DNA from: Candidatus Latescibacterota bacterium
Lineage (GTDB): Bacteria > Latescibacterota > UBA2968 > GCA-2709665
Assembly (NCBI GenBank): GCA_963667175.2
Contig: CAXXXF010000006.1
Span: 96,001 to 160,000 of the forward strand
Reading direction: 5' to 3'
Length of the DNA stretch: 64,000 nucleotides
The notes under the pieces were generated by a model, which saw only the letters and a program-made list of their open reading frames with translations, was not told the origin of the DNA and did not search any database. The position numbers were made by a program, and so were the translations under genes. Positions 36,362-47,069 of this stretch are shown in pieces. Within the stretch, counting starts at the first letter, position 1, and every line of letters starts with the position of its first letter.

Positions 36362-36679
36362 TCAAACCTGGCCTTCCAACTCACCCACGCCCGAGAATTC
36401 CGTCACGGACGGAAGCAGCATCAGGGCGGCAAAAAAGACGACCGTCAGCGCCAGCACCCAGAAAATAATCTGTTTTTCGGACACCAGGTGCATGAAATAC
36501 CCGGCGACCAGCCCGCCTTTGATACTCGCGATGAACAGCGCGATCAGGACCGTCGCCGCCACCGACTCGATCTTGAGATAGGAGACGCCAACCGTCACCA
36601 CCGTGAGCACAGCCAACGCGGCAAACACCAGAATGTAGACCCGAACATGCTTCCTGATCTCTTCAGCGCTTTCAGCCAT
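36362..36679 (-). CDS. ctaF: Cytochrome c oxidase subunit IV
   Basis: YILVFAAL..LT, IASIK..LV..YFMHL. Confidence 0.88.
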   Translation of the reverse strand: MAESAEEIRKHVRVYILVFAALAVLTVVTVGVSYLKIESVAATVLIALFIASIKGGLVAGYFMHLVSEKQIIFWVLALTVVFFAALMLLPSVTEFSGVGELEGQV

Positions 36680-36701
36680 ACGATGCCCCTTACAACGTCC
36701 C

Positions 36702-37301
36702 TTACAACAGATAAAGAATCGGAAACAGGAAGATCCATACCAGATCCACGAAGTGCCAGTAGAGTCCGGCGCATTCGATCCGGTTGGCAAACTGCTCGGG
36801 CGCCGTATGCCAGAGCTTGCTTCCCGGGAACAACAGGTAGAGATTCACGATAATGCCGCCCACCACGTGAAGCCCGTGCAGGCCGGTCATCGTAAAGTAC
36901 GTGGCGTAAAACGTGCTGGTGGACGGAAAGATGCCAAGATGGAATTTGTGGGTGTATTCGAAATACTTGATCACCAGGAACACGAAGGCCAGCAGCACCG
37001 TCAGCCCCAGATAGAGTTTGAACCTGCCGAAGTTGTCCATTTTCAGGGATGCCCAGGACATCACCATGGTCACACTGGACGCGATGAGTACGAACGTATT
37101 CAGCGTGGCCAGCGGCACGTTTAACAACTCCGAACCCTGAGGCCAGCTCGGCGCGCCCACCCTGAGCAGGACCAGCGTAGAAAACAACGCGCCGAACAGC
37201 ATCACCTCGGACGCCAGGAACAACCAGATCCCGAACTTTCCGTTATACACCCCCGTAATCGGATGCGGTTCCACCGTGTGGGGAATTTCTTCAACGGACA
37301 C
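36702..37301 (-). CDS. ctaE: Cytochrome c oxidase subunit III
   Basis: WLFLASEVMLF, TGLHGLHV, GLYWHFVDLVWI. Confidence 0.95.
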   Translation of the reverse strand: MSVEEIPHTVEPHPITGVYNGKFGIWLFLASEVMLFGALFSTLVLLRVGAPSWPQGSELLNVPLATLNTFVLIASSVTMVMSWASLKMDNFGRFKLYLGLTVLLAFVFLVIKYFEYTHKFHLGIFPSTSTFYATYFTMTGLHGLHVVGGIIVNLYLLFPGSKLWHTAPEQFANRIECAGLYWHFVDLVWIFLFPILYLL

Positions 37302-37345
37302 CGTGTGTCTCCTTTGCGTTTGTAGCGGACGGGCCGCCCGGTTCT

Positions 37346-39142
37346 CTAATCGTCGTCCGCGGGCGTTGGCGCCGGTTCGGATTCGGGTTGATCCACCTGG
37401 CCGTTATCGGACGCGTGCTGCGGTATGAAGTCACTGGACGCGCCCGGAACACTGTATTCGTACGGCCCCCGGCAGACCCTTGGCGTATCCTTGAAATTCC
37501 CGTGCGGCGGGGGCGTGGGCGTTGCCCACTCCAGGGTGGTGGCCTGCCACGGATTGTCCGACTCGACCTTCTTCCCCTTCCTCATGCTCCAGAAGAAATT
37601 GACGATGAAGAAGATCTGCGCCAGTCCCAGCAACCATGCGGACCAGGAACTCATCGCAGTCAGACCCTGCACCTGCGCCCCGTAGGCGTACTGCGTCTGG
37701 TCGTAGAGCCGCCTCGAAACCCCGGCCATCCCCACGAACATCATGGGCATGAACACGCCGTTCATAAAGATCAGGCTGGTCCAGAAATGCAGCTTGCCCA
37801 GCGCGTCGTTCATCATGCGGCCCGTTGCCTTGGGGAACCAGTAATAGATCCCGGCAAACAGCGCGAATATCGTGCCCGGCGCCACCACGTAGTGGAAGTG
37901 ACCGATCACGTAGTACGTATCGTGCAGATGCAGATCCGAGGCCGTGAGGCCCAGCGGCAGCCCCGTCAACCCTCCGATGGCGAACATGGGAATGAACGCC
38001 AGGCAGAACAGCATGGGTACCGTAAACCGGATGGACCCGCCGTGCAGGCTCAACGCGAACGCCGTCAGGATGATCACCGAAGGAATGGAGATGATCATGG
38101 TCGTGGCCTGGAAGAAGGTGCTGATGGTCGTTCCCATCCCCGTCATGAACATGTGGTGCGCCCAGACGATGAACGACATGAATCCGAGAAAGACGATTGA
38201 GTAGACCAGCGTGCGATACCCCCAAAGCGGCCGGCGCGTGTTGTTTGCCACAATCTCGCCCACGATGCCCATTGCCGGAAGAATCAGCACGTAGACTTCC
38301 GGATGAGCGAGAAACCAGAAAAGGTGCTGCCACAACAGCGGGCTGCCGCCGCCGCTCACGTCCAGCGCCTGTCCGGTGACGACGAGGCCGCTGGGCATGA
38401 AGAAGCTGGTCCCCGCGATCCGGTCCATGAGTTGCATGACCCCGGCGGCCTCCAGCGGCGGGAACGCCAGCAACAGCAGAAACGCCGTGACGAACTGAGC
38501 CCAGACGAAGAACGGCAGCCGGAAGAAGGAAAGCCCCTCGGCTCTCATCTGTACCGTCGTGACGATGAAATTCACCGAGCCCAGCAGAGACGAGGTGATG
38601 AGGGCGACCATCCCCCACAGCCACCAGGTCTGCCCGGTGGGCGCGATAACGGCAAGCGGCGGATAGGACGTCCAGCCGGACTGCGCCGCGCCCTCGGGCA
38701 CGAAAAAGCTGGCCAGCATAATGACGCCGCCAACGTAAAACACCCAGTAACTCGCCATGTTGAGTTTCGGAAACGCCATATCCGGCGCGCCGATCTGGAG
38801 CGGCAGCACGTAGTTTCCAAAGCCGCCGACGGCCAGCGGAACCACGCCCAGAAAGACCATGATTGTGCCGTGCATGGCCCCCAGCTGGTTGTAGAATTCG
38901 GGAACCATGATGCCTTCCGGCATATTCACCGCGCTGAACAACGTCCCTATCCAGGGCATCGGCTGCCCGGGATACGCCAGTTGCCACCGCATCATCATCA
39001 TCAGGCAGAAGCCGAACAGAAGGAAGAAAAGGGCGGTTACCGCGTATTGGATCCCGATGACCTTGTGGTCCGTGGAAAACACGTACTTCTGCCAGAATGG
39101 CAACTCATGGTGTCCATGATCGCCGTGCGCATGCTCAGCCAT
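37346..39142 (-). CDS. ctaD: Cytochrome c oxidase subunit I (A1-type)
   Basis: STDHKVIG, HGTIMVF, HPEVY, WAHHM, GHFHY. Confidence 0.97.
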   Translation of the reverse strand: MAEHAHGDHGHHELPFWQKYVFSTDHKVIGIQYAVTALFFLLFGFCLMMMMRWQLAYPGQPMPWIGTLFSAVNMPEGIMVPEFYNQLGAMHGTIMVFLGVVPLAVGGFGNYVLPLQIGAPDMAFPKLNMASYWVFYVGGVIMLASFFVPEGAAQSGWTSYPPLAVIAPTGQTWWLWGMVALITSSLLGSVNFIVTTVQMRAEGLSFFRLPFFVWAQFVTAFLLLLAFPPLEAAGVMQLMDRIAGTSFFMPSGLVVTGQALDVSGGGSPLLWQHLFWFLAHPEVYVLILPAMGIVGEIVANNTRRPLWGYRTLVYSIVFLGFMSFIVWAHHMFMTGMGTTISTFFQATTMIISIPSVIILTAFALSLHGGSIRFTVPMLFCLAFIPMFAIGGLTGLPLGLTASDLHLHDTYYVIGHFHYVVAPGTIFALFAGIYYWFPKATGRMMNDALGKLHFWTSLIFMNGVFMPMMFVGMAGVSRRLYDQTQYAYGAQVQGLTAMSSWSAWLLGLAQIFFIVNFFWSMRKGKKVESDNPWQATTLEWATPTPPPHGNFKDTPRVCRGPYEYSVPGASSDFIPQHASDNGQVDQPESEPAPTPADDD

Positions 39143-39154
39143 TGAAAAGGCTCC

Positions 39155-39925
39155 TTAAAACGAGAATTCGTCCTCTTCGTCCGCGGCCCCGGACTGCTCA
39201 TCGAACCAGGCCTGGAACGCCGCTTCCGACTCGACCGTCAATTGACCACGCATGCGGTAGTGGCCCAACCCGCACAACTGCGCGCAGGCGATGTCGAAGG
39301 CGCCGTTCTTTGTGGCTTCGAACCAGATCCTGATGTCCTGGCCGGGAATCGCGTCCTGCGTCAGCCGCAGTACCGGTATCTTGAAGCTGTGAATGACGTC
39401 CTTCGAGGAGACGTGGGCAATGACGGGCTTATCTTTCACGATATGCAGGTTGTTGATGGCATTGAAATCGTCGTTGCCGTCAGGGTCGTCGGGATCCAGC
39501 CCAAGCAGATTATCGGCGCTGACAAACTCGGGCGCCGTCCGTCCGAACTTGCCGTCTGTGCCCGAGTAGTGGATATTCCAGGCAAACTGTTCGGGTACTA
39601 CCCGGACCACAAGCGCGTCGGACTCGTCGGGAAACGCATGTTTGAAGTCGGCCCAAAGCGGCATGGACAGCCCGATGAGCAGCACCGCCTCGACGACGAT
39701 CACCCCGTACTCCACGTACTTGGCGATCTTTCCCTTGATGGGATCGTAGGTCGCGTCCGGGTTTGCACGCCTCCGATAGCGGACAAGACAATAGATAAAA
39801 AAGACGCCCCAGCCCAGAAACAGCGCCACCATGAAGACATGCAACCAATTGATCAGCCAATCCACGGTGGCGCCGTGGGTTGAGATGTCAATTGGCAGCC
39901 AGTATCCGTACACCTTTTCCTGCAT
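39155..39925 (-). CDS. ctaC: Cytochrome c oxidase subunit II (CuA, no fused cytochrome c)
   Basis: DVIHSF, CAQLCGLGHYRM. Confidence 0.93.
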   Translation of the reverse strand: MQEKVYGYWLPIDISTHGATVDWLINWLHVFMVALFLGWGVFFIYCLVRYRRRANPDATYDPIKGKIAKYVEYGVIVVEAVLLIGLSMPLWADFKHAFPDESDALVVRVVPEQFAWNIHYSGTDGKFGRTAPEFVSADNLLGLDPDDPDGNDDFNAINNLHIVKDKPVIAHVSSKDVIHSFKIPVLRLTQDAIPGQDIRIWFEATKNGAFDIACAQLCGLGHYRMRGQLTVESEAAFQAWFDEQSGAADEEDEFSF

Positions 39926-39981
39926 TCGGGACCCCTCCCTTAATCACGTCGCGGACGCGGGCGCCCGCACAATCGCTCCAC

Positions 39982-40722
39982 CTACTTCTTCGGCTTTATC
40001 TTGAACAGGAAGTCCAGGGTCTTGGACTCGCCGTCGGCAACGCTAATCTCCTCCGTCATCGTACCCAGCCGCTTGCTTTCGTGCCATGCCTCGATCGTGT
40101 AGGCGCCCGCCGGCAGACCGGCGATCTCGAATTTCCCTCCCTCGCCGCTGACGGAGAAGAACGGGTGTTCCATCACGCCGATATAGGACTGCATCCAGGG
40201 ATGCACGTCGCATTTGACCGGTACCATCACCTCCGGATTCGCAAACGAAATCGTGATCTTCTTCATGAACTTCGGCATCGCCTTGTTGATTTCGTCGGAG
40301 TTCTCCGGCTTCGGGTGGATGTTGTGCAGCGTGCCGTCGCTGTTGAGCACCGTGATCGGTTGCCCCGCCCTGACGCCCATCACGTGCGGCTTATAGATAC
40401 AGCCCTGCTGATCCAGAACGGCAGGTTCGGTCGGCACGTCGAATTTCTCGCCCTCCAGACCCTTTTTTACGTAGACGAATACGTTGTGCAGCCCTCCATC
40501 GTCGTCGACGACCACGACCTCGCTACGTGCGGGCGCGTCGGGGTGCTTCCCCGCGCACACCGGATCGGCCGCCATCTGGATTTTCTTGCGTCCCGGTTTC
40601 TTACCGCCCGGGAATTCAAGTTTGATGGTTCCGGAAACCGTGGCGCCCGCAAATGCCTCACCCGACGCAAAACAGGCGAAACTCAGCGCGATGATCGCAG
40701 CGATAGACCCACGTCGTATCAT
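39982..40722 (-). CDS. Exported cupredoxin-like protein with carboxypeptidase-regulatory-like domain
   Basis: Signal peptide; DQQGCIYKPHV, LHNIH, KCDVHPWM. Confidence 0.75.
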   Translation of the reverse strand: MIRRGSIAAIIALSFACFASGEAFAGATVSGTIKLEFPGGKKPGRKKIQMAADPVCAGKHPDAPARSEVVVVDDDGGLHNVFVYVKKGLEGEKFDVPTEPAVLDQQGCIYKPHVMGVRAGQPITVLNSDGTLHNIHPKPENSDEINKAMPKFMKKITISFANPEVMVPVKCDVHPWMQSYIGVMEHPFFSVSGEGGKFEIAGLPAGAYTIEAWHESKRLGTMTEEISVADGESKTLDFLFKIKPKK

Positions 40723-40839
40723 TCCTGTATCCCCTCTCTTCCGTTTACGGTTGACAGCCCGCCGGTCGTGCGCCTGCCCCGCCAGCCGGCTGATTCTTCC
40801 ACTTTTTTCCGAATCCTAAAGACACCCCGGGTGAGTGTG

Positions 40840-43800
40840 CTATCGCGCGGTCAGCCGGGCATCCTGGTGCAGGCCGTGGATGATGTAGTCCGTAAGCGCC
40901 TCGATGACCACGTCCGTCGGCAACTCAAGATACTCGCCTTCCGGCTTGACCCCCTCCGGCAGTTTCAGATAGTCCGCCATTTCTGCCGGAAGGTAGGTCA
41001 TTTCGTCGCCGAAGAACGTGGGCATCTTGGTGCCGGGCTGAATCTTCTGCGGATCCCACAGCCAGTCCCTGATCCATGCCGGCTTCAGCCGCTCCCGCGC
41101 CAGCTTCAGGTCCGGCGCCCAGCTTGCGGGGTCCCCGGTGGGCTTGACGTCGCCCTGCTGGTGGCACGTGAAGCAGTTGTAAATATCTGCGCTGAACAGC
41201 TTCTTCGCGCCGCTCATCTCTTTATAACTCAGTCGTTTATGAACAAACATCGCGTAGGGGAACTGCTGGTCGTCCAGGCGCGAAAAATAGGTGACCAGGT
41301 CGATGGCCTGCGGGTCTTCGAAGCCGAACGTGGGCATCCGGACCTCGAGCCACGGACGGATGGGCTCCACGTTCTTCAGGAACGAGAAGAACCAGTCCGG
41401 CTGGACTTTTCTGCCCTCGCCGTTCAGCTCCGGCGGCACGAAACCCACGGCGTCGGCTGCGGAGACGTCCTCGGCGCCGTAAGCCGTCACCAGCGGCTCC
41501 CGGATCGCCCCCCCCTGATTCTCCACAACGTGGCACCCCTTGCAGTTCCTGTCGTACACCAGCCAGCGGCCCTTCTCGACGTCCACTTCGTCGGGCGCCA
41601 GGCGTTTGATCGCGTCCGAACCCACCTGGCTCCGGTTCAGGCTCAGCAGCGCCGTCGTCAACGCGTGCGCGTCTTCGTCGCTCAGACCGAACTGGGGCAT
41701 ACGCAGCTTGTCGTCGAACTGTTTCACCTTGCCCTTGTCGAAGACCCGAGGATGCTTGAGCTTCTTGAAGAACCAGTCGTGGCGCGTATAGGGGATGGCG
41801 TCGGGATCGGTGTTGTAGGAACCCGGTTTTTTGGCCAGAAGGCCAAAGTCCAGCTTGTCGACGTCCTTGCTGCCTTGCTCAGTCAGTTCGGTGCCGATGG
41901 GCTGGGCGTCTTCGAATCCCGGAATGAGGTGACATCCGAAGCAGCCCTGCCGGGAGATGATCTTCTCGCCCAGCCAGATATCCCGCTCGTGACCCGACAT
42001 CCCGGCCAGTTGCTCCTTCGCTGTCTTCACGGGCAGCCTGCCTCGCAGATAGTTCAGCACAAGGTCGTCGCGCACCTGCGCGTCCACTGCCGCCACCTGT
42101 CGGGCTTCGAACTCCGTATTCCGAAGGGTAAGCAGATACGCGGAAATATCGGCGGCTTCCCGGTCGGTCAACCGCAGATTCGGCATCCGGGTGTCCGGGA
42201 AATAGGCCGTGGGATCCTTCAGCCACGCGAACAGCCATCCTGAAGACAGCTTGCTGCCCACGTCGTTCAGATTCGGGCCGAAATTCCGGAGACCGTATTC
42301 CTGGCCCAGCTGATCGTCCGCGCCCACCACGTGGCAGGCCTTGCAGCCCACCATTTCCACGAGGCGCTCGCCGCGGCCGGCATCGCCCTGCGCCGGAGGC
42401 GGGGGGTACTGGGGCCTCTCGGACTTCTCGAAGATATACGTCACGACGGCATTGACCGCAGCCGTATTGCGCGCGATATCCTCCGGTCCGCTCACGTTGG
42501 CCAGATCGAAAATCTTGGGCATCTTCGTGGAAGGCCGGAACCCCCTGGGATCACGCACCCACTTGATTGCCCAATCGCGATCCAGCTTGCCGGCCGCCTT
42601 TCGCAGGTCGGGACCGACGTTTCGCACGTCCTGCAGCGTATGTTTTGCGATTTTGTGGCACCCGTGGCAACCCAGCGTGCGAACGAGATGGATGCCGCGA
42701 TTCAGATTGTCCGCCTGCGGCACGTCCACAACGCCCGCGTGGCACTGCGCGCACGTGGACTCGACGTAGCGGCTGGGCAGCATCGGGTGGTCCCAGTATT
42801 TCATCTTCTTCCACCCGTACAGCTTTTTCCAGCGGGCAGCCTCGGCGTCGTCGCCCGGGGAATGTGCCGTATTCTTGAACGTAACGCCCCGGTCGCGCCC
42901 GAGATGGCAGGTGGTGCACCCGGACTCGTCGATCGGATGCGGCGAGCCGCTGCTCAGGAAAAGGTCCAGTCTCGGATGCGTGGCGAATGCCCTTGTGCGG
43001 CCTAGCCGTACATCCTCATCCGCGTGGACCGATTCCATATACGTTCTGAGCGTCTCATCCTTGAACCAGCCGGATTCCGGATCGAGTTCGTACCCCGGTC
43101 GGTCGATGTTCACGTGACACGTGGTGCACCGGTCCACGCGGGGAACCCGGGTAAAATTGAGTTCGTTTCTCAGATCGGCCAGAACGACCTGGCGGACCTT
43201 GATGGACGGATCGATGAAATCGACCATCGGCAGGTTTCGGAACACATTGGGAAAACTGGGCACAAGACCCGTCAACTTCCGCCTCAGGTTGTCTTCATCC
43301 TTGCGCAGCGAGCGCCGCCTGGACGCCAGCGCCTGCCGCTTCCCGGCCACTTCATCGATGATCTTCTGCTGAGCCGCCTGTTTCTCCTCCACCGCCTCTT
43401 TGGCCAGCCGGAACTCGAAGATCCGGACTTCCATGGCCTCCATCTCGGCCTTCTTCTTCGCCGCGGTTTCCTCATACCCGGCTTTGGCCGCGTCTTCATA
43501 CTCGAACTTCACCACGTCGTACTGCGCTTTTTCGAACTTGAGTCTCTGATCGGCGCTGTAAAAGTCCGCCTGCGTCAGCCGCTTCAACTCGGTCGTCGCC
43601 GCGTCGTATTGTTCCTGGTGCGCCCGGATTGCGGCCTGAATCCCGGCGAGTTCGTCCTCGATCGCCTTCAGCGCGTCCTGATCGACGTTCTCCTGCGCCC
43701 GCTTGATTTCAGCCTCGGTCTTGTAGGCCTCCAGCGCCATCGCTTCCTTCTGAAAGTCCTTCCATTCCCGGTCGTAGTCGTCCCAGACCATCCAGAGCAC

Positions 43801-43893
43801 GGCGACAACCAGCACCACGCTGGACACGGCGAAGATCATGTTCATTCTGTCTACGTTGTAGACGAAGTCAATAAAGCGCTTCGGCTCATTCAT
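40840..43893 (-). CDS. Membrane-anchored octaheme cytochrome c
   Basis: One N-terminal TM, a long coiled coil, 8 CxxCH motifs and several MP distal-ligand motifs. Confidence 0.9.
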   Translation of the reverse strand: MNEPKRFIDFVYNVDRMNMIFAVSSVVLVVAVLWMVWDDYDREWKDFQKEAMALEAYKTEAEIKRAQENVDQDALKAIEDELAGIQAAIRAHQEQYDAATTELKRLTQADFYSADQRLKFEKAQYDVVKFEYEDAAKAGYEETAAKKKAEMEAMEVRIFEFRLAKEAVEEKQAAQQKIIDEVAGKRQALASRRRSLRKDEDNLRRKLTGLVPSFPNVFRNLPMVDFIDPSIKVRQVVLADLRNELNFTRVPRVDRCTTCHVNIDRPGYELDPESGWFKDETLRTYMESVHADEDVRLGRTRAFATHPRLDLFLSSGSPHPIDESGCTTCHLGRDRGVTFKNTAHSPGDDAEAARWKKLYGWKKMKYWDHPMLPSRYVESTCAQCHAGVVDVPQADNLNRGIHLVRTLGCHGCHKIAKHTLQDVRNVGPDLRKAAGKLDRDWAIKWVRDPRGFRPSTKMPKIFDLANVSGPEDIARNTAAVNAVVTYIFEKSERPQYPPPPAQGDAGRGERLVEMVGCKACHVVGADDQLGQEYGLRNFGPNLNDVGSKLSSGWLFAWLKDPTAYFPDTRMPNLRLTDREAADISAYLLTLRNTEFEARQVAAVDAQVRDDLVLNYLRGRLPVKTAKEQLAGMSGHERDIWLGEKIISRQGCFGCHLIPGFEDAQPIGTELTEQGSKDVDKLDFGLLAKKPGSYNTDPDAIPYTRHDWFFKKLKHPRVFDKGKVKQFDDKLRMPQFGLSDEDAHALTTALLSLNRSQVGSDAIKRLAPDEVDVEKGRWLVYDRNCKGCHVVENQGGAIREPLVTAYGAEDVSAADAVGFVPPELNGEGRKVQPDWFFSFLKNVEPIRPWLEVRMPTFGFEDPQAIDLVTYFSRLDDQQFPYAMFVHKRLSYKEMSGAKKLFSADIYNCFTCHQQGDVKPTGDPASWAPDLKLARERLKPAWIRDWLWDPQKIQPGTKMPTFFGDEMTYLPAEMADYLKLPEGVKPEGEYLELPTDVVIEALTDYIIHGLHQDARLTAR

Positions 43894-43997
43894 CGAACGG
43901 CTCCAGGGTGGAGGCGTCGGACCGTCGTGCCGCGTCCACCAACCCCTTCAAATAGCACACAGAATGCCGCAGCGACGCCGGCAACAAGAGTGAACCC

Positions 43998-45074
43998 TCA
44001 GATATTGAAGAAATACTCCGGTATGGCGACGATGTATTTCAGGTTGAACAGCCAGCGCAGCAACATCTTGATGGGGAGGGCGACCATGCAGAGGAAGAAG
44101 AAGATCATCACACTGTAGCGGGCGAATCCCATGTTCCTGTAGAATTCCTTGAACGCCGTCTGCGCGAGCAATGGCGGCGGAACCAGAAAGTACAGGATCA
44201 CCAGCAGAAATCCCCATATCTCGCGCGTCAACCAGAAGGAAGGCAAGCCCGTGCCCAGCCACTGGACGTAGATATATTCCGAGAGATTGACGTTGACCAG
44301 CGCTTCCAGCTTATGTACGTCCCAGAATTCGTAGGGTCCGAAGAAATTCCAGTTCGGCCCGCGCAGGAACGTGCCGATCATGATCAGCACGACCCATAAC
44401 ACCACAAAGCCGAACAGGAACACCGTAATGGCGAACCGCCGTTCCTTGAACGTGTAGTATCCCAGACCCCTGGGATTCCGATCGATAAATGGAATGGCCA
44501 TGAGCCCCACGATGACGAGGGTTGGCAGAACAACCCCGGCGATCCAGGGATCGTAATAAACCAGCATTTCCTGAAGTCCCAGGAAATACCAGGGCGCCTT
44601 GGATGGATTGGGGGTCTTTGCGGGGTTGGCGGGCTCCTCGATGGGAGCTTTTATCAGTACGGACCAGAGAATCAGGAATACCGTGGCCAGCGTCAGGCAG
44701 ATCAACTCCGTGTAGACCAGATGAGGCCAGGTGAGGACTTTTTCCTTGAATTCCGCTTTTTCAATCGGTCCTTCGCCCCGCGCGATGCGTTCGTCGTTGT
44801 CGTACCCCTGTTTCATGCTGTACCAGACAAAGAACCCCACCAGGAACAGGAGCATGACAATGGGGATATTGTCACCCTTCGTCACGATGATGCGAAAATT
44901 CTCATCCTGAAAACTAACCAGAAAGAAGACGATCGAGGCGATCAAGGCGGGCAGACCGAAACGGACCGTCCATACCCAGCGGGTCCGCAAAGCCAGAAAG
45001 AAGAGAATGGCAAACAACGGCATGAAATATTCAGGCGTAAGAAGCCAATTGACGAAGCCTTTCAGAACGTCCAT
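43998..45074 (-). CDS. Cytochrome b C-terminal subunit (subunit IV-like) with extra TM helices
   Basis: TWPHL, ANPAKTPNPSKAPWYFLGLQE, PFIDRNP. Confidence 0.88.
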   Translation of the reverse strand: MDVLKGFVNWLLTPEYFMPLFAILFFLALRTRWVWTVRFGLPALIASIVFFLVSFQDENFRIIVTKGDNIPIVMLLFLVGFFVWYSMKQGYDNDERIARGEGPIEKAEFKEKVLTWPHLVYTELICLTLATVFLILWSVLIKAPIEEPANPAKTPNPSKAPWYFLGLQEMLVYYDPWIAGVVLPTLVIVGLMAIPFIDRNPRGLGYYTFKERRFAITVFLFGFVVLWVVLIMIGTFLRGPNWNFFGPYEFWDVHKLEALVNVNLSEYIYVQWLGTGLPSFWLTREIWGFLLVILYFLVPPPLLAQTAFKEFYRNMGFARYSVMIFFFLCMVALPIKMLLRWLFNLKYIVAIPEYFFNI

Positions 45075-45123
45075 CGTGTTCCTCGGTGAAACTCCGGATT
45101 TACAGCGCGGAGGCCGTTTCCAC

Positions 45124-45909
45124 CTACATTGGTCCCGAAATCCCGCCGTCTTTCCGCACCCGCCAGAAGTGAACGGCCATCAACACGGCCGCGACGAACG
45201 GGATGAACAGACAGTGCAGGACATAGAATCTGAGCAGCGCGCCCTCCCCGACAAAGCGGCCCCCCAACAATGCGAATCGGGCATCGTCGCCGGCGTGAAC
45301 CAGATTGATATCGCCAAGCATGAGGAACGCCGCTCCGGGCCCCTCGTGACCGAGGAACGGGGTTGCCCGGGCCATATTCGACCCAACGGTAATGGCCCAG
45401 ATGGCAAGCTGATCCCAGGGGAGCAGGTACCCGGTAAAGCTCAACAACAACGTCAGAAGAAGCAGAATGACCCCGATCGCCCAGTTGAATTCGCGAGGCG
45501 GCTTGTAAGATCCGGTCATAAACACCCGCAGCATATGGAGCCAGACCGTAATGATCATGGCGTGGGCGCCCCATCGGTGAATCTCCCGCATGATGCCCAG
45601 CGGCACCTGCTCGCCCAGGTCTATAATGTCGGTGTAAGCGTACTCGAGAGTGGGCCGGTAGTAGAACATCAGCAGAATGCCGGTGATGGTCTCAATCAGA
45701 AAAATAAAAAAGGTGAGCCCACCCATACACCAGGTGTAGCGCACCCGGATTCCCGATTTGGGCGTGCGCACGGGATGCAGATGCAGGAAAACGTTGGTCA
45801 ACACCACTTGCGCGCGACCGCGTTCGTCTCTCGGCACGTCGTGCCGGAAAATGGACTTCCAGATCTGAGAGCGCTTGGTCCGGTCCAGGAGGCCGGAAAT
45901 CTTCGGCAT
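45124..45909 (-). CDS. Cytochrome b6-like N-terminal subunit
   Basis: [42 protein letters not shown]. Confidence 0.93.
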   Translation of the reverse strand: MPKISGLLDRTKRSQIWKSIFRHDVPRDERGRAQVVLTNVFLHLHPVRTPKSGIRVRYTWCMGGLTFFIFLIETITGILLMFYYRPTLEYAYTDIIDLGEQVPLGIMREIHRWGAHAMIITVWLHMLRVFMTGSYKPPREFNWAIGVILLLLTLLLSFTGYLLPWDQLAIWAITVGSNMARATPFLGHEGPGAAFLMLGDINLVHAGDDARFALLGGRFVGEGALLRFYVLHCLFIPFVAAVLMAVHFWRVRKDGGISGPM

Positions 45910-45995
45910 ACCGTGTTCTCCCGATTAACCCGAAATCCTGAAACAGTCGCAAAATTCGCGTGAAAGAGGATACCGCCGCCGGAGTGCGGGCGCGA

Positions 45996-46946
45996 CTATA
46001 TCCGCAGGAAGGACTCCGGGTTGTCCCAGTGACCTTTCTCGTACTGAAATTTCCGGGTCTTGTCGACCAGCACCTGTCCGTCTTCGGCCAGCACGATGCG
46101 CGCCCTTTCCAGGGGGCGCGGCGCAGGACCTTCGAAGTTGATGCCCGACATGTAAAAACCGCTGCCGTGACACGGACATTTGAATTTCTGTTCGTTGCCC
46201 AGCCAGTTGGGCGTACAACCCAGATGCGTGCACACCGAAATGAGCGCGAACATGTCCTGCGTGGACTTGACGATCCAGACGCTGAACTTGTCTTTCCAGC
46301 GTTCATCCACGCCCAGATCGTAATCTTCCGCGAATCCGATCTTGAAAGACTGGGGCGGTTCAAACAGCACGTTCGGGAACAGAAAGCGCCCGAATCCCAG
46401 AAGCCCGGCCGCCGACGCGGCCGCAAAGGACGCCCAGGCCAGGGTCAGCCAGGTGAAGAACCCGCGGCGGGTGGTCATGCCGCCTTCGGCGACGGCCTGC
46501 GTTCTCTCGGGACCGGGGCGGATTGCGGGCGGCGCCGGAGACGTCTGTACGATCACACGCTCCTCGGCAGGCTCGTCGGTTTTCTGCGTCAACGCGCGAG
46601 CGGCGGCGGCCCGGTCCGCGGTGGATGCGGCTTTCCTGGCCGGCGCGCCGGACGGCGCCGGTTTTGCGCCGCCGCGAGCCTTGCGCATGAGTTCGGCCTT
46701 TGCCTTCGCGCGGGCAACGCGGTCCTGGATCTCGTCCAGCGACGAAAGATCCACTTCGGCGGCCGCGGATTCGCCTCCCGTTTCATCCGGGGCCTGCGAG
46801 GAAGCCTCGTCTGACGGCGTCTCCCCGGAGGCATCACCCGCGGCGGCCTCCCGGGCCTTGCGGAGCGCCTCCGCTTTGGCCCTGGCCCTGGCCACCCGAT
46901 CCGGAATTTCGTCAAATTCCGAAAGATCGATATTTTCTTCCGACAT
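45996..46946 (-). CDS. Rieske 2Fe-2S subunit with long repeat-containing N-terminal extension
   Basis: Internal Tat motif TRRGFF plus TM; CTHLGC and CPCHGS. Confidence 0.93.
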   Translation of the reverse strand: MSEENIDLSEFDEIPDRVARARAKAEALRKAREAAAGDASGETPSDEASSQAPDETGGESAAAEVDLSSLDEIQDRVARAKAKAELMRKARGGAKPAPSGAPARKAASTADRAAAARALTQKTDEPAEERVIVQTSPAPPAIRPGPERTQAVAEGGMTTRRGFFTWLTLAWASFAAASAAGLLGFGRFLFPNVLFEPPQSFKIGFAEDYDLGVDERWKDKFSVWIVKSTQDMFALISVCTHLGCTPNWLGNEQKFKCPCHGSGFYMSGINFEGPAPRPLERARIVLAEDGQVLVDKTRKFQYEKGHWDNPESFLRI

Positions 46947-47069
46947 GGTGTTCCCCGGAAACCGGCCATGCGGTTCTTGGATCGGAAATCGTCAGATCTG
47001 AATTATATATGATATAAGTTTATAAAATACCGGGAATTGCATCATTTACGGCCCGAAATACAACGGGCC

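Noticed and set aside
39880-42243. 787-aa plus-strand ORF, and other long antisense ORFs (e.g. 2547-3659, 9250-10212, 54935-56107, 57994-59409)
   Set aside because: These are shadow frames opposite well-supported genes in high-GC DNA and show no recognisable motifs.
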